Assembly: GCF_018977255.1 (NCBI RefSeq)
Contig: NW_024704742.1
Span: 112,594,001-112,658,000, forward strand
DNA length: 64,000 nucleotides
Origin: Callorhinchus milii
Lineage: Eukaryota
Direction of reading: 5' to 3'
Part shown: positions 63,611-64,000 of the stretch, one piece after another
How positions within the stretch are numbered: position 1 is the first letter of the stretch
How the letters are laid out: every line of letters begins with the position of its first letter
Made by a program: the position numbers and the translations under genes
The notes under the pieces: model-generated
Databases searched by the model: none
The model's input: the letters and a program-made list of their open reading frames with translations, nothing else
What the model was told of the DNA's origin: nothing

Positions 63611-64000
63611 ACCATCATTATATCTCCACAAATTGGGTTTTCTCCCATTCCTGCCAGGACATTTGCAGCGTACCCCAAGACTTCATCCTTGGCCCCGTCC
63701 TTTTACATGATCCCTCTCAGTGATATCATCCGTAAACATTGAGTGAACTTCCTATATGGACGGAATCCAGATATACTATTCTTCTTCTACTAGTGACCAA
63801 GAGCTATCCTCTTGGTTGTCAGACATGGAGGCCTGGATGAGTACCAGCTTTCTGAAGTTGAATATTGACATGATGATGTCCATCAGTCTTGACTCTCACC
63901 AATATCTTCTCACTTGCGTTTCGCCATTCCTTAATCTCCCCAGCCTCTCCCTCAGACTTAATGAACCTGTTCGCAACCGAGGCACCAGGTTTGATCCCCA

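Overview
Vertebrate nuclear DNA. The repeat content points to a cartilaginous fish, possibly a holocephalan; this is inferred and cannot be proven here. The only host protein-coding gene I can support is COX7C on the minus strand: 3 exons, ~1190-4080, 67 aa. It has a CpG-island promoter, an intronic GC-rich minisatellite and two intronic copies of a SNORD138-like C/D-box snoRNA. The other ~60 kb is gene desert. It is filled with dead L2 LINEs of at least three families, CR1 fragments, a young tRNA-Ala/CORE SINE, older Deu-domain SINEs, LF-SINE-like relics, a few MITEs and AT-rich unique blocks. Main observations: (1) four TSD-flanked Penelope-type inserts, two with hammerhead-ribozyme cores back-to-back at the axis of a palindrome; (2) dispersed L2 copies sharing identical frameshifts; (3) a nested, apparently full-length single-ORF L2 with its 5' UTR; (4) a covarying 3' stem-loop shared by the LINEs and SINEs; (5) a duplicated snoRNA whose second copy has a changed guide. 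Repeat boundaries were read by eye and are approximate (about +/-20 nt) unless a TSD is quoted. Family names come from my recall of consensus sequences, not from a search.
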